From Dicyema japonicum (lineage: Eukaryota; Animalia; Dicyemida): a DNA stretch of 64,000 bases. Location of the stretch: NCBI GenBank assembly GCA_011109175.1, contig RDEW01000006.1:1254699-1318698 (forward strand). The letters are read 5' to 3'. The notes under the pieces were generated by a model. That model was not told where the DNA came from. It did no database searches and saw only the letters and a program-made list of their open reading frames with translations. This document shows positions 37,150-51,519 of this stretch, one piece after another (position 1 is the first letter of the stretch; the number at the start of each line of letters is the position of its first letter). A program made the translations under genes and the position numbers.

Positions 37150-37610
37150 TAACAAAATATGTTTGTGTATAATGGGTAGTCCTCTAACTGGGAAGACGTC
37201 CTTCATAGAGAGCATCATGTTCCCTCACCAAGAGAGACCGTACAAAGCCACCGTAGAGAACTGCTTCAATCAAAATGAGAGTTTTAAAGAAAGAAATCAA
37301 CCTTAAAGTCATCGACACAGGTGGGAGCTGTTTCTTTCCTTCAATGGAGAGGATCAACATTGTTGAGTCGGACGCATTCATCCTCTTGTTTGACCAACAT
37401 GAACAACGTCATCAAACAAGTGTACAACCTACAAATGAAGATACGAAGCCGCAGAAAGGACTCTTCCCTAATCTACGTTGTGTCCAACGAGAAGCCCAGT
37501 AATTCAGAATTCAATTCCCACGAAACTATCTACGAACGGTTGGGACCCAACGTCTTCTTTGTCAACGTAAAGATATAGGAGGAGTCCATCCAGATACTCA
37601 AGAAATAGCC
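37150..37610 (+). CDS. Divergent Ras-family small GTPase (Di-Ras/RASD-like); start uncertain, frameshifted
   Basis: P-loop GSPLTGKT, effector-like PYKATVE, IDTGG and FPSMERINI..SDAFILLF. Confidence 0.62.
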
Positions 37611-38049
37611 AATGATTTGGAAAAGTCGCGGAAAAAAATGCGCAAAAAATAACACATTTATTAATAAATTTACTCAATTCTAGCATTTTTGATAAAGTCG
37701 GGAAGGGGACGGTTGATTCCTCCTTCGTTTCATAGAAGTTGTAACAAAGTGATTTCGTCCACGTAGAACAGGGAAGGGTTTTTCACCTAGTCAGAATCAA
37801 TGTAAAAAAAGACAGGCAGGTCGACATATTAGTTGGGATTAAGTTATTGCTCTCGAATCAGAAACACTAGGCTCCTGAGAGTTTAGTACCTGTATTTTGT
37901 TAAATAGAATCCCGCCGATCCCGGGATCACGTTGTAAGTGGGTTTCTTTGCACTGAAGAAGTCCAATTGAATTTTGACCGATTACTGCTTTGGCTTTAAA
38001 TTGTTGATTCTTTGTTAGCGTAGAAATTACAGAAATCACTTTCGGAAAT

Positions 38050-38335
38050 TGTCCTATTTACGAAAAAAAATAAAACATTAAAATCTGGGAGTCACCTTTG
38101 ATCAGTGACTCCTTTATTCGACGATAACAAAGTAAGTTCTGTTCTGAAGAAAATGAGAATTTTAAAAGTGCTCTCAAATACACTTAGACCAAACTGGAGC
38201 CTTGCCACGGTTTATAAACAATTTATCCTACCCACGATGAGGCATGCAAGTTTTTCCTGGGCAATGCAGATTTCACGATCTTGCTCACTGAAACGATCCG
38301 CAATCGAGGAGACTGCAATAAGGCATATAATTTGA
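38050..38335 (+). mobile_element. Jockey-like LINE fragment, same family as 9990-10345
   Basis: LKKMRILKVLS...WAMQISRS shared. Confidence 0.75.
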
Positions 38336-39438
38336 ATAACATTCTTTTTATTTGAATAAAACTTTTAATAACATTCTTTCCTACTTGAATAAGACTGAGC
38401 ACGGTTCCTTTCAGGCAAATTCCTTGATAAATACAGTTTTTCTTTGCACTAAGGTGGATTCTTGATTTTTAGCAATCTTCAAACTTACTTGTACGCTTCT
38501 CCATAATAGAAGTGTTCTACCTGTCATGTTAATCAAGCTAACAGTCTCGTTTGATAGAATAAACTATTAATTGTGAATTATTTTCCCCAACCCTGAAGTT
38601 TTAAGGAACCTATCAATATCTTTGGGAGTCAAGGAGCCCAGTGAACATTATTATTTTTTCAAAAAAGTTGAGTTTTTTATGGGGTACGTGCTATTAGTGT
38701 AGGACTAGTTTTTCGTAATCACAGACATGGACTTGTGGTTTGGGGAGAATTAATAAGTCAGAATAAAGGTTTCCGGGAAAAGTTGTTCAGGACCTCCCTT
38801 TTATTAACAACTTGTGGTTGAAACGAATTTATCAGCTATTTTTGACTTTTTACTTTCGTTTGAAATTTTTTATTATAATTTCATTTTTACCAAGCAATGC
38901 TTGTGCCCTATGAATGCATGCGGTTTGGCTTCTTTGTTGATAGTATTTATATTATTTTCTGATTTTTTCATAAATTTTAACTTTTTAGACTGACAAGGAA
39001 CAAACATAAAGATAGTCATTCAGAAGACGCCTAGTGCCTTGTCGAGGCATTATTTGATCTATTTGTCTCAGGAAACGCAACTTGTTACCCAAATTGTCAA
39101 GAAATGTTAGCAACAGCTCCTGGTTATGTAATTATTTGGTTAATTCACATTTTTGTGGTAAAACAAATCAATAATCTCATTCTTGTAGTTAAGTTGAACT
39201 GTTTCGACCGCACTGTGCTAAGGTCACTTCGGTCTCACTCTGCCGTGGCTTGGATATTCTTGTCTACCAAAAACTGATATTTCTTACTCATAAACTATTG
39301 AATGACTTTATTTATTTAGTTTTTTTGAATACTTTAGAAAAGATTAAATATAATTTTATTTATTTTATAAATTTATTTATAATATAAATAAATAAAATCG
39401 TCAAAAAATAATAAATTTAATTATTTAGCATTTTTCGA

Positions 39439-39875
39439 ATGGACGGATTCAATATTGAATGGAACAACTTTGAGGAGGACCAATACGAGAGCCGTAGACA
39501 ACGCCTTAACGAACGTGAAAGAAATCGGAGAAGAGAAATCAATTCATATTCTAATTATCTCAGAGGCATTGTCCTGAAAATACATTGAGCGTTGTAAGCA
39601 TTATGAACCACGCTGCTACTTGCCTGGTCGAAGAATTTTGTTTTGCTCTGTGATTTACTCAAATTCTAGGAAGGTATCAGTAGGTTCATTTGTCTCAGGG
39701 GCTAGTTATGGCTTGTATGCAAAAATTATTCGAGAATAAGCGGGAAACCGTTTCATTTGAAGAAGCTGTGACGTCTGTCTACACACAAAACCACGACGTA
39801 CCCGCTCCTAGGGGCAGTCAACTTACAACCAGTTTTTTTATAAAACAATCTCAGATAAAACTCCTCAAAATATGA
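39439..39875 (+). CDS. Small bHLH transcription factor-like gene; 3' structure uncertain
   Basis: RRQRLNERERNRRREINSYSNYLRGIV(P)ENTLSVVSIMNHAA with a 1-nt indel near 39573; preceded by an AT-rich tract. Confidence 0.6.
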
Positions 39876-40837
39876 GCTAACACCATTTTCATTAGGGAGA
39901 CCAGTACGACATGCTTGTTTTCGCCAGTATCAGTCTTCCTCTTTTCATTTAGTTAACTGAAGACATTTTAACCCAGCGATCCTAGAACAATGATATTAGT
40001 CCCATTATGACGTCTCTGAATATTCTCACAACATGGCCTAAATTACGAAACTAAGGAGCATTTCCACATTTCTTTACGAGATTCTAAAACACCCGACCAT
40101 CCAATAGTTTATTCCCAGTCGATCAAGGTTGTCTCTGACCTATAATTTGTGTGCATTCTAGTAAATTATGATGACCACTACATGGGGGCATTTTATCCTT
40201 TTTTTGAAAAACCAGGCTAAATGTTCATTGATGTGACAGTTGGAGCATCATAGAGGAAACCTGACCCATGCGCATATTATGTAATGACAAAACGAACGAG
40301 GGAGTTGTCTCTATCCTCGAATTCACATCAAATGAAGCTTCCTTGCCCACGTGACGAAGCAAAAAATGAATTTTGATTAATGGAGTCTGGTTGATTGTAT
40401 CGACACACATCGGCGCAAATAAAAGAATTCAAAAGATTAAATCCTTCTGTGATCGAGGTCTTTTCTTGAAGTTCTTTTTTTTGCAACACGAAAATTATCC
40501 TTAACAGAAGTGAACCTGTAACATCTCCCTATGGTGAGCTAATTAGTACAGTTTCTCGGAACCAATGCCCCTCCTGAGGATCTCAGCCTAAGTGAGATTG
40601 TGTTTCCAATCTCTCGAGGACACCTCTGATGACAGCCTTGGTACACCATAAGTCCCTAATGAAGTTGGGACGAAACGGAAACAGAACCCAAGATATTGGG
40701 GATTCTTTATTAGTCGAACTTTGATGTCCCCTCTTTTGCAGATACCCAAATCGTGTCTCAATGCAATACAATGTAGGAAACATATTGAATAAAGCTTTCA
40801 CGTTTATATTTTCTAACCAATTCAGTTCGTGCAATGT

Positions 40838-42990
40838 CAATGTCCCGACCTACGTTTCATAAAGTGAGTCTATCCTGAGTTCTTCAGCCTTGGACATCGC
40901 CCACGCAGACGAATTTTACAATAAAACTGGATTGACAAAGGCGTTATGATGCCTTAATCGAAATGATATATCGCTTCTGTCGATCAGTTCTATTTTAACT
41001 TTGTTTAACGCAGCAGTAGCAAGGTTCTATCTTCGAAATAATTCGTCACTGTCACTAAATAAGGACCCAAACTGTTTGTCTTACTTAATTATCCAATCTT
41101 CTTTTCATTCTTCTGAGATTAACCACTTTTATTTGGAAACATTAATTATTTGGCACCATCATTCAAGTTCATTAAGAGACATCGTCTATCCCTCTGTATG
41201 AAGTCGACGTCGTCAGCATAAATTAACTCAGCTATGCCAACTTCAATAAAATTTTAGAAGATCACGTAATTCCTCTTCAAAATAAATTACAAATAACACA
41301 GGAGGAATGGAGCCCCCTTGAGGAGTAAAACATTACAAGAAAATTCTCTTAAAATAATTCTGCCAATTCGAACTCGTAGCTATATGTTGGATAAAAGGAC
41401 TCGATTATAAATCATCTACCGCTTTCGAATTCTTTCAAGGATGAATTTCGACAAACAGTTTCAAAAGCCATCAGAAAATCATGCAAAAAATTTTAGTTGA
41501 GTATCGTTATCATTGGTTTTAACTGCAAACGTCATTTGTGCCCTCAGACTATTTGTGTCTTTGATCTATTTGTGTCTTTGTCTTTGATCTAATTTAATTG
41601 ACTATAGTCAAAATTTACTCAAGCTATATACAATGCGTTTATAGTTCATGAGCTACCAGGGAGATGCTCAGAAATGAATATGTCAACTGCAATAGGTTAT
41701 CAAAGCCATAGGGGAGAAAAACTTTTAGAAAAAATTGATTTTTTCTAAAAAGTTGAAAACCATCGAAGATAATTCTCAAAGATTGGTGAAACTCTTTAAA
41801 CATGGATTACGTTTTTGAAATTTTATTCTCTCACAACTACGTGATGGATACTTTCTCGTCAGAAATTAATTGAAAATATCATTTCGGCCAAGAATCAGCC
41901 ACCTTAACGAGGACCTTATATGAAATTTTTGATTACTAAAAAAATTAATAAATTCTTAAATAAATAAAAATAAAAATTTTTCAAAATGCCGAGGGTGAAA
42001 CCAAACTAGCTAATTTATCCTGACACGTTCCAGCGATTCTAAAACTCGTCTAGAGTAACGAAATTGTCTCACGGGAAAAGAATAGTAAGATACTTGTGAA
42101 TGCCTGCCATGCATTCGGCGTGTCTTTAGTAAGGTGGATCCTATGAAGCTATCAGAAAAAAGATAAATTTTTAATCAATTAGCAAAATTCATCTCATGTC
42201 ATTACGTAGCTTCAATATAAATGACGCTTAACAGATTGCAGTGTGGAGTAGGACTTTCTTTATTATTATTATTATTAACCCCAGGCTTACCATTGTAAGC
42301 TGAGCACAAACAGTCATAACTAACTAATCCAAAAAGGAACCAAAGGGAGAACATTTGCTTGTGCCGACCAAATCCATCTGCCAATATTTCATTACAGGCC
42401 TTTGCTTCCGAAGAGTGGTGTAGAAGTAGGTCCGCCCTTTTCCATTTTTTTGTCCCACGTCCTACTGTCGCGGATATCAGTTCATTCTTTAGCGGAATAG
42501 TTTTCATAATGCAATCTTCATTAGATGGTACGTTACATTCAGCCAGGAAGGCATAGGACTTTCTTGATTAATGAATTAATGAAAATAAGATTATTATAAT
42601 TATAAAATCATTATAAATATCAATATTTAAAAAAATAAATTCATCAATATAGCAAGTGACCTAAATTATACACATCGACGTGTTCATTTTACATATTTAT
42701 GTTGTTGTTAATGTTTTTGTTTTCAATAACGAATTTCGACTTTATTTATAGAACGTCAATAGATTTTAAAAGTTTATTGAAAAGTACAATTACAAATGTA
42801 TTTTATAAAAAATAATGGTAGACAAACGATAATTCAATTGTACGTATTTCCGCCAATTTTTGTGATGAATTGTCATTTACAATCAATATGAATAACTTGA
42901 TCTTCCAATTTTTTATTGAATTCTCAGACGAATTTTACAACATCTCAATAAAAATAAAATTAAATTCGAGTATTTAATAGTTAACACATA
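40838..42990 (+). repeat. Segmental duplication copy 2
   Basis: Colinear with 33655-35640 apart from indels. Confidence 0.9.
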
Positions 42991-43863
42991 AAGATAATGA
43001 ATTTTATAAAAATACAACAAATCTTCCGAATATTAAAAATGGAGATTATTACAGATGCGGACATAGATCCGTATTTTTTGAGAATGGTAATATTCTCACA
43101 TTATATTCTTTGGCAATAGAATTTCACACTAATCACTCATATTTTATTGGAAAAGGTTTGAGATAATATTATTCAGCACATGACTGTGATCCATCAAACG
43201 ATCCAAATGTTCGATATTGGTATTTTATTGCGAAAAATCGACTGAAAGCTATATTAAGTGGGCATTTAATAATCACTTATTTATATAATAACAAAGTTGA
43301 AATTGTAAATTGTATACTTTAATATTAGATTAATGATTTCTTAATTTTTTTCGAGAATTTGGAGACGAAGATTAATTTTGATAAAAATAGTATTGAGTTA
43401 TCTCTTGAGGGGAATATGTAGAAATACATTTTACATTTATTTTGTCTCAAAACAAATATTATATGTCCACAATTCAGTTAATCAACTATAAAATTAATAA
43501 TGGGTCTTGGAGGCCTACTAATTACAAATTGATTGATGTTTGAAATTCTTGTAAATTCGAATTGTCTCTCACTAAATTTTATGATAACATATATGCTGAC
43601 TTTTCACAATTTAAGGTAAAAATTCTTCAGGATGATTCTAAATTCAGTTATGCTGGAAAATTTTTAATTTTTTTCAGAATTTAGAGTCGAAGTGTTATGA
43701 AATAAATTCTCCTAGAAAAAATACACTTTCTAATCATTCAAAAATGTATATAATTATAGGATTTACACTCACTGTTATAACATTTACAATCATCGGAGTC
43801 GTCGCATTTGTTATTAAGCGCCGAAATATGATAAGACACATGGTATATGTCCCTATTCTTTAA
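42570..43863 (+). pseudogene. Lineage-specific single-pass membrane protein family, copy 2 (stops or indels present)
   Basis: DPSNDPNVRYWYFI block; C-terminal TM then IKRRNMIRHMVYVPIL*. Confidence 0.6.
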
Positions 43864-43989
43864 CTGTCATTAATTTTCTCGATTTTTTCTTTATTTAATT
43901 TCTCCCAAGCACGTTACATAATAATTTCATTAATTATTTTCTTCCAAGTAGCTTTTTCTTGTTTTCTCACTTAAGTTGTTAAGGTATTC

Positions 43990-44680
43990 TGCACATTCAA
44001 CTCTTTTTCAGATATCCTGAATATTGATGCTCACAAGGCCGCGTAAATCAATAATTTTCTGGAGGCCCCTGGTGATCATGTCTCTTGCGTGGGAGTTAAA
44101 ATTGAGTAGACTGTCACTTGACTCCAAGGACAGTGGGGGACCTTGTGACTGGAATCCGAGTGGCACCAATAAAGATGCTCGGTTCTTCCTTAGAATGACG
44201 GTGCGAAGTGAAAATGGTACAAATAGACTTGGTTGCAGAAATCGTAAGTCGATTGCCAACGATCTAATCGAGTAGAATGCTCAATTTTGCCTCAGTCTTT
44301 AAGGATGCTATTTGCGTCGAACGGTTCCGTTTTGCATTGACTCCATTGTCTGCCAGGATAATAACAGGGAATCTTCGTCTCCACCAAAAGGTAGGTCGTA
44401 TAGGAATAAGTTGAATAGAATTGGTGAAAGTGGAGACCCATGGGGTAACCCGTTCGGTAGTAATCGTGATCTTCCAGACAAAATGTTGGCCAGCCATAAT
44501 TTCACATTCGGACGAATATTAGTAGGAAATATTTTTCCAACCAGGGTTTTTCTTGAAACAGTGTCAAAGTTTTTGCGTTTGTGAGGGGGAATGGGTGTTA
44601 CAACCGTTGCCAATGAACTGAGATGGTAGCCAAGTTTGTAGCGGTGGATCTACCGCGGAGGAAACAATGTAAAAATATAG
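43990..44680 (-). mobile_element. Degenerate Jockey-like RT fragment
   Basis: FDTVSRK and GLPHGSPLSPILFNLFLYDLP. Confidence 0.75.
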
Positions 44681-44809
44681 GACGTAGAATATACGGAGTA
44701 TTGAATAATAACTGAGTTTCTCCATAATTTTTGAAGATACTGAAGTGACGATTACGACAGAGTAATAATAACTGAAAATACGAGTTTCTCAATAATTTAG
44801 GAAGATATT

Positions 44810-45000
44810 GAAATGAGGACTACGACTGAAATCGTCATGATTGATATCAAGACATGCAAAGCTAACGCCCCTAGACATGACCAAAATAGCATGATGTTGT
44901 TCAAGGAAGACCTAGAGGATTTGCTGCCCGTACTGAAGAATTTATTCAACGCGAGCATGTTGCAAGGAAGATCGGAGACAATAAAGATTTGGCCAAACCA
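44810..45000 (+). mobile_element. LINE pre-RT fragment related to 58590-58740
   Basis: KTCKANAPRHD...LKNLFNASMLQG. Confidence 0.6.
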
Positions 45001-45369
45001 ACTCAAACATGTAGGAATACGATTACGACTAAGAATACGACCTCGGATATTGGAATGCCGAGGGATAGATCATAGTGTTTTCTATTGACAGTGGATCCCA
45101 AACGTTCAGTTAGTTAATCAGCGAATCTAAAAGATCCGAATAGACAGGAAGAGCCCACGGTAGACAGAAATATTCTGGAAAATTAACGTTTTCATAATAT
45201 TGTTGAACAATTATCTAAAATTATAAAAAACATGACAAGAACGAAGGAGTATGGCATGTTTTTACTTGGCCTGGTGGCGCTCCTAAGAAGAGAGGACAGC
45301 CACCAAGTAATTCAGATATAACCAGGATTACCCTGGTTATTATCAGACTCTTAGAAAGAGGGCTGCTGG

Positions 45370-46450
45370 TAATGGAATTATTGTTGTTGAAGTAGCTCAT
45401 CACGGCGTGGACTGTTGCCTCGCAACCACCGATCACTCCCACCTCACAGCTATTCAGCAATATTGTGGGAGACTCACCGGGCAGCAATTTTAGCAACAGG
45501 CCTTCGAAAGTATGTACTAATCGCAATTGGGCGGACACTTCAATCTCCTTTTTGGAATGCAAATAAATGTCCACAAAACAAAATCTCTAGCAAATTTTTA
45601 AATATCACCATTAACTATTCGAGTGAGCAGCAAGGTGATAAACGTTAACAAGCACAGCTGGCTTCAGCAGTAGCTCCAAATGTCAAGTCCTTTACATGGC
45701 TTGGACTCAGTTCGTCAAGACCTCCGCAGCTACTGGGAGCAAAAGACTTTATTCCACGCAATACTTCAAATTCTGTGGGAGCAAATGCTTCTGGCATTGT
45801 CAAGTTCCCTGGTTCGCTGGTAGAGTATGGTGCTTCCTTTTTAGTAACGTCAAGACTTCACGGCTTCAATTGTGATTCGTCACAAACCACTACTATAAGA
45901 GCTGCGCGAACGTCCCTTTTCATCAATTTTCGGTTCACTCTTTCTTGAAATTTTTTAGAATCTTCCTGTTTACACCCAACTTCTGTAGACAACTTTTTAC
46001 GCCGAAGTACTTGATCATGGTCGATTCCTGAGTTTTGCTGCTTTGAAGTGGCCAAAAAGGCAAAAGTATTATTTTTGATTTTTGAGGCCAGTGATTCGTT
46101 GCGAGCTTGCTCTGAGGCAGAAATTTCTAGGATAATAGGTGCATAGCTAAGTAGACATTTCCAAGAGGCCTGGTACCTAATACAGATGGCTTTATAAATT
46201 AAAGACGTGATACATTCAGCAGGAGGAATTTAAGCGGATTTTAGTATACTAGTGGAATTTGTCTATTTTTCCGACTCTCCGATAGGCGTAACAAAAAGAA
46301 TTCGATTTGTCCAGAATAAGAGGGATGACAGAATTCAGCCGGATGACGACACCTAGTGTAGTCGGATATATACAGCATCCGAGTTCCATTTGTAAAGAGA
46401 TTTTGCAGCAAATTTCGACATTCGGACACATCCGAGGTAAATTCTTTTTA
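45370..46450 (-). mobile_element. CRE-like element 5' half and RT N-terminus, degenerate
   Basis: VNRKLMKRDVRAAL (compare 27100), SCGGLD and GVIGGCEATVHAV. Confidence 0.75.
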
Positions 46451-46569
46451 CAAAGTCAAAGGCATCTAAGATAATTCTCAAAGATTGGTGAAAATCACAT
46501 GGCATCACGTGGCTTTAATATAAATGACTCTTTACACTGTGCAGTCTGGATTAGGACTTTCTTGACTAA

Positions 46570-47879
46570 TGAATTAATGAAAAAAGATTATTACAAATAT
46601 AAAATTATTATAAATTTCATTAGCTTCCAAATTATAATAATTTTAGAATAAATTCATCAATATAACAAGTGACCTAAATTATATACATCGAAGTGTTCAT
46701 ATTACAGTTTTTATGTAATTGTTTGTGTTTTTGTCCTCAATCGCTCTTATTAAATTCAGACATCAAATGTCATTATATGGATATTGTTTATTGACAAGTA
46801 CTCGTAAAATGTATTTTATAAGTAATAATAATAATGGTAGACAAAAAATTATTCATTAGACATTCGTCATGGCATAAATTTTTAAATGGAATGAACCCTA
46901 AAATCCAAAGAAAAAACTTAATTTTCAATTTTTTTGGTGGATTCTCAGAGGAGTTATACAACCTCTCAATAAAAATAGAATTAAATTCTAGTGATTATTA
47001 TTTAATACTCAAAGGTGATGAAACCTATAGAAATACAATAAATCTTACAAATATTAAATATGGAGAATATCACAGATACGGCTATATCTCCGTAAATTTT
47101 GAGAATCATTATTTTCTCACAATATATTCTGTGACGGCAGAATTGTTCACTAATGATTTATTTCCATATTTAATTGGAAAGGGTTTAAATCTTGTTTAAT
47201 TTAGCAAATGACCGTGATCCATCTAACTATCCAAATGTTCGATATTGGTATTTTATTTCCGAAAATAGACTCAAAGCTGTATTAAGTGAGAATTTTAAAA
47301 TCATATATCTTATTGATCACATTTATAAAAACGTATATTGCATATTTATATAGTTGATTAATGAATTCATACTTTCATACCAATATAAAAATACTACGAT
47401 TAATTTTGGAAACAATCGTGTTGAGTTATCTCTTATAAGAATACATTTTGAAATATTTTTTACATATATTTTGCATCAGAACAAATTTTATATTTCCGAC
47501 ATTCAGTTTATCATTGATAGCATGTATACTATGTCTTGGAGACCTAATAAGTCCAAATTGGTTGATGTTAGGAATTCATGTACCTCTGATTTGCTTATTG
47601 CTAAAATACTGATGAGATATATCTAAATTTTTATTTTTAAAGCAAAAATTCAGGGATGATTTGAAATTCCTTTATATTGGGAACGCTTTTATTTTTTGAA
47701 TTTTAGAATCTTGAAAAAGTAACTTCTGGAAAAAATAAAAATTATAATCATTCAAAATTTTTAAAATTATAGAAATTATACTCACTGTTCTAACACTTGC
47801 AATCATCGGAGTCATCGATTTTGTTAAGATTAAACGTCGAAATGGGATAAAACAAATGGAACATATTCCTCTTCTTTAA
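46570..47879 (+). CDS. Lineage-specific single-pass membrane protein family, copy 3 (most intact)
   Basis: ORFs 46834-47199 and 47354-47626 join through 21-22 nt GT-AG introns; C-terminus IILTVLTLAIIGVIDFVKIKRRNGIKQMEHIPLL*. Confidence 0.55.
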
Positions 47880-48789
47880 CGGCTATTAATTTTCTTGTTA
47901 TTTTTGTTTTTTATTTTCCGTAATCCCAATTACGTTCACAATATTTTCGTTAATTATCCTTCTTTAAGAATCCCTTTTTTTGTTTCCTCTCCCAAGTAGT
48001 CACATTTTTGCATTTCAAGTTTTTTTCTGATATCGTTGTGATATGAAACGCCCAGACAGGATCATAGTGTTTCCTTTCTCTCTGTTTTAAATACCTGATT
48101 GATCCTGGGGCATCCATAGATACCTTTTTGTAGTCAAAATTATTCCGTGTTAAAATCTGATGAGGCATCACGAGCATTTGAGAACTCTAAATAACACAAT
48201 ACAACAGTTTTCATTAGATCTAACCTGCAGCACGTTGTCGCCAAGACAAGTGATCTCTTCAGGCACAGAAGGTCTTTTTTAAGATCATTTAGGTCATGGA
48301 TATCGAAAATGAACAATAAGTTACTTTCTATATCAATTGTAACAATCGATATTGCGGTTTAATTACTTTGAATTTATCATATCTTTTTTTGAAATAAGAA
48401 CTGTTTAATGCAAAAACTATCAGTGAACAACTACTGGCTGTTTTATAATTGAGAATGCTCTTCCACTAAGGATTGTAAGGAAATACGCTGAATGAGCCAG
48501 CTCTTTTTTTCTTATTATTTTCTTCTTCCTTTTTCGCGATCCGATTCTGTTTATCAGAATCAATGACATACTTCCTATGATTCCTGAGTTTCGACTGCGA
48601 CTGATTTAGATCCTACTTGTCTTTCTTGATCTTGGATGATGAAAGTGAATAGTCAGCGATTGAAAGACTTCCAAGTGTTCTCAGCTACTTAACAGATTCG
48701 CATTTAGAGCATTTCTTCTGATGATTTATTTGAGGTTCCCTTCTTTCCGTGGACAAAAGTTGCAAAGCAGAGAATGCGCAACCATGAAT

Positions 48790-51240
48790 CTTGAGTATTA
48801 GTATCGAATGCCCAGGTGATTGAAAGATAGGAGATAGCTCTTAGAGGCGCCGACCTTGGGATCCTGTATGGGATAAGCCTGTGGTAGTTGATAAACTGTG
48901 GGTTTCTTATTTTGAAGTCCCCAGGTTCCACAGTTGTGTGTCAGTATTGGTAATACGAGCGAGGTGTATATTTTTACTTTCAAATTCTTTTTTACGTTCC
49001 AAATATGTAATAACTTTTTATATGACCCACTAAACCAGAATACTTCGGCGGCCATACTAATTATAACCCCGCATGTGCAGCAAAAGAAACAAGGTTAGAT
49101 GTCATCCTTTTCCATGCTCCCCTGTTCCTAGCCAAGGCTCTCATGCTGTCCAGGTCGTCGGCATTTATTAGATTTTTTTTATCTTGACCAGGTCTTTTTG
49201 TAAGACTATTGGCAGTGTTTTCTTGGTCTTCCACAATAGCGGCCTTCTTTACTAACATAGTATGTTTCCATAGATATGTTCGGTGGGGATGTTAATTCCA
49301 TCCTCAGCACGTGTCTGAAGAGCCTCCATCAGGATTCCAGTACTTCTAAGCTGATAGGTCTAGTGCTGCATCTCTTATATTAAGCGTTTCTCTATATTCT
49401 CGTAGGCCAAGAAGTTCCTGTTATTTTTCTCAGCTGACCTCTGTGGAACGAGTCTAGTTTTTCTATATCCACTGATGAGGTCGCTTATTTCCAGCGTTAT
49501 ATAAAAGTACGGGTTTTACGAATGAGTCGTATAATAGGATTCTCATTTTCGTGTCGATGCCTTTTTGATTGAGCCATAAATTCTTCAGTTTATATAACGC
49601 AGCATTGGCTAGAGTTTTCCTACGTAAAATATCTTCGCTATCTCTCAAGAGTGAACCGAGTTTCTTTACTGTCGCCACTTTTCTTCTAGGACGTTACTCA
49701 TCCTTCTTATCTCTGTGAGTTCTGTTTTCTCTCTGTTCACAGTAAGAAACTAATTCCCTTGTTCATCTGGTGCTTTTTCTAATAGGTTTTCTAGGACCTC
49801 TTTGTTTTCAGAAATTAGGTCTACATCGTCCGCTTAGATTACTTTTTCCGTCTATCCTTGGTATGACGGTCTAACCGTATCAAAAGCTCTTGATAGGTCA
49901 ATTCCCAAAATATTGGTGGCGTTACGGTATCTTTGATATGTTGCACACCTCCATCTGTGATTCCATACCGCATCAGCTGTGGATCTCCCGTCTCGAAAAC
50001 CACTTTGACTATCTGGTAGGTATTTTTAAGCAAATCCTTTTATTCGTTTAAACACAATGTTTCCCAAGACTTTTCGTAATAAATTTAATAGTATGATGGG
50101 TCGCAAATTTACGATTGGTCCTCTGTTTTTGTTTGTTTTTTGTATGGGGATTAGTAGTCCCGTACCCAGCGTGGAGTTGAGTTAGTTGAAAACAATTCAT
50201 TTAGTAGTGTAGCGATTTTTTCAAAAAAGAGGTCAGGGCCGTATTTCAGTAGTTCTGGGTTTATCGCATCTGGTCCGAGGCTTCTGTTATTCTTGAGTTT
50301 TCGGCAGGCCAATTTGATTTCCTCGGCCGTGATTGGTATCTCAAGGGGTCTTGGCCTTCCATCAAATAAGTGGATTTCTATGGTTTTGATGTTGAAAAGC
50401 TTCTCAAAGTGAGCCGCGATGGCTTCAGTTTGTTCTTTTGTGTTCAGTATTAGCTTATCGTTCTCGTCTTTTATGGTTAGTAGGCTTCGGTTTGTTCGCC
50501 GCAGTAAACGGGCAGCGACGTACACCTGTGCGTTGTCTTTCACTTTGTTCACTTCTTCTATACAGGAAGCTATTTTTTCTATGAAAAGCTTCTTGTTCAG
50601 ACCCATATTTTTTTCTGACACTTTGTCTTTCGCCTTGAAGTGCTTTTATCGCATTAGTGTCAGTGGCATTTGATTTTCTCATATTTATTTCTTTTAGACT
50701 TTTCGCAACCTCAGGAACATCTGGATGAATAGCCTTCAAGTGCATTTTACTATTCTCCCTTTTGCCGAGAAATGCTTCGACAGCTTCGATGATAGTGTCC
50801 TTTGTGCGTTTCCAGGCGTCTTCAGCGTGATATCCACCAATACATCCTGCAGATTAGTCTGAATGTCCATATACGGTGGACTGCACTTGTCAACTTTGAG
50901 TGGATGGCAAATCCAAGTCCATAATGTTTTGAGTCGCTCGAATGACATATAATTCGAATTCGCCAATGTTCTCATCAGGGCTACAAGTAACTTTCGTCTC
51001 TTGTAGGCACCCAATAGATACGTCGTATCTCTCCAGGTCATCACAGAGAATCTTCCTCGACCATGTGGTAGATAAGCCTCTAGCATTGAACGTAAGGACT
51101 TTTAGACGAGATCCATCGCTTTGTATCCATTGCCTTTTAGACATTTTTTCTCAATTGCGATCCAATCAAGAAACGAGGCACGTCACCACCTCACCAAAAT
51201 ATCTGCTTAGCCTTTTGAAAATGATACGTCAATCATAATT
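48790..51240 (-). mobile_element. RTE-clade LINE, internally deleted, plus an adjacent RTE fragment at 48790-49055
   Basis: TFNARGL..CLQETK (APE), KLKNNRSLGPD, ADD and KKLGSLL..SEDILRRK; 3' motif GCACATGCGG. Confidence 0.9.
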
Positions 51241-51519
51241 TCAATATTCTTTTTATTATGAAATAACGACACAGCGATCAATAAAGTATTTGACTACTTC
51301 AACCTTCAGATTACTAACAATTTTTATTATAAATTTTGAAGGACTTGAGATTTTTAATAAGCTTAGACATGCTAAATATAGAATTAAAAATCATTAACAA
51401 TTAATTCGATTATATATTTATTATCGAATAAAAAGTCATTAATTTTTTCTAAAATCTACTAATTGTCTTTCAATAAAAAATAAAATCTAATTTAACTCAG
51501 CTTTATATAACCATCAAAA

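Noticed and set aside
39195-39245. Hammerhead ribozyme on the minus strand (GACC...GGTCGAAAC)
   Set aside because: The core reads CCGAAGT rather than CTGANGA; at best a decayed Penelope-type remnant
40625-40680. Hammerhead ribozyme (CTGATGA ... GTCCC/GGGAC GAAAC)
   Set aside because: About 19 extra nt separate CTGATGA from stem II, and no convincing stems I and III were found
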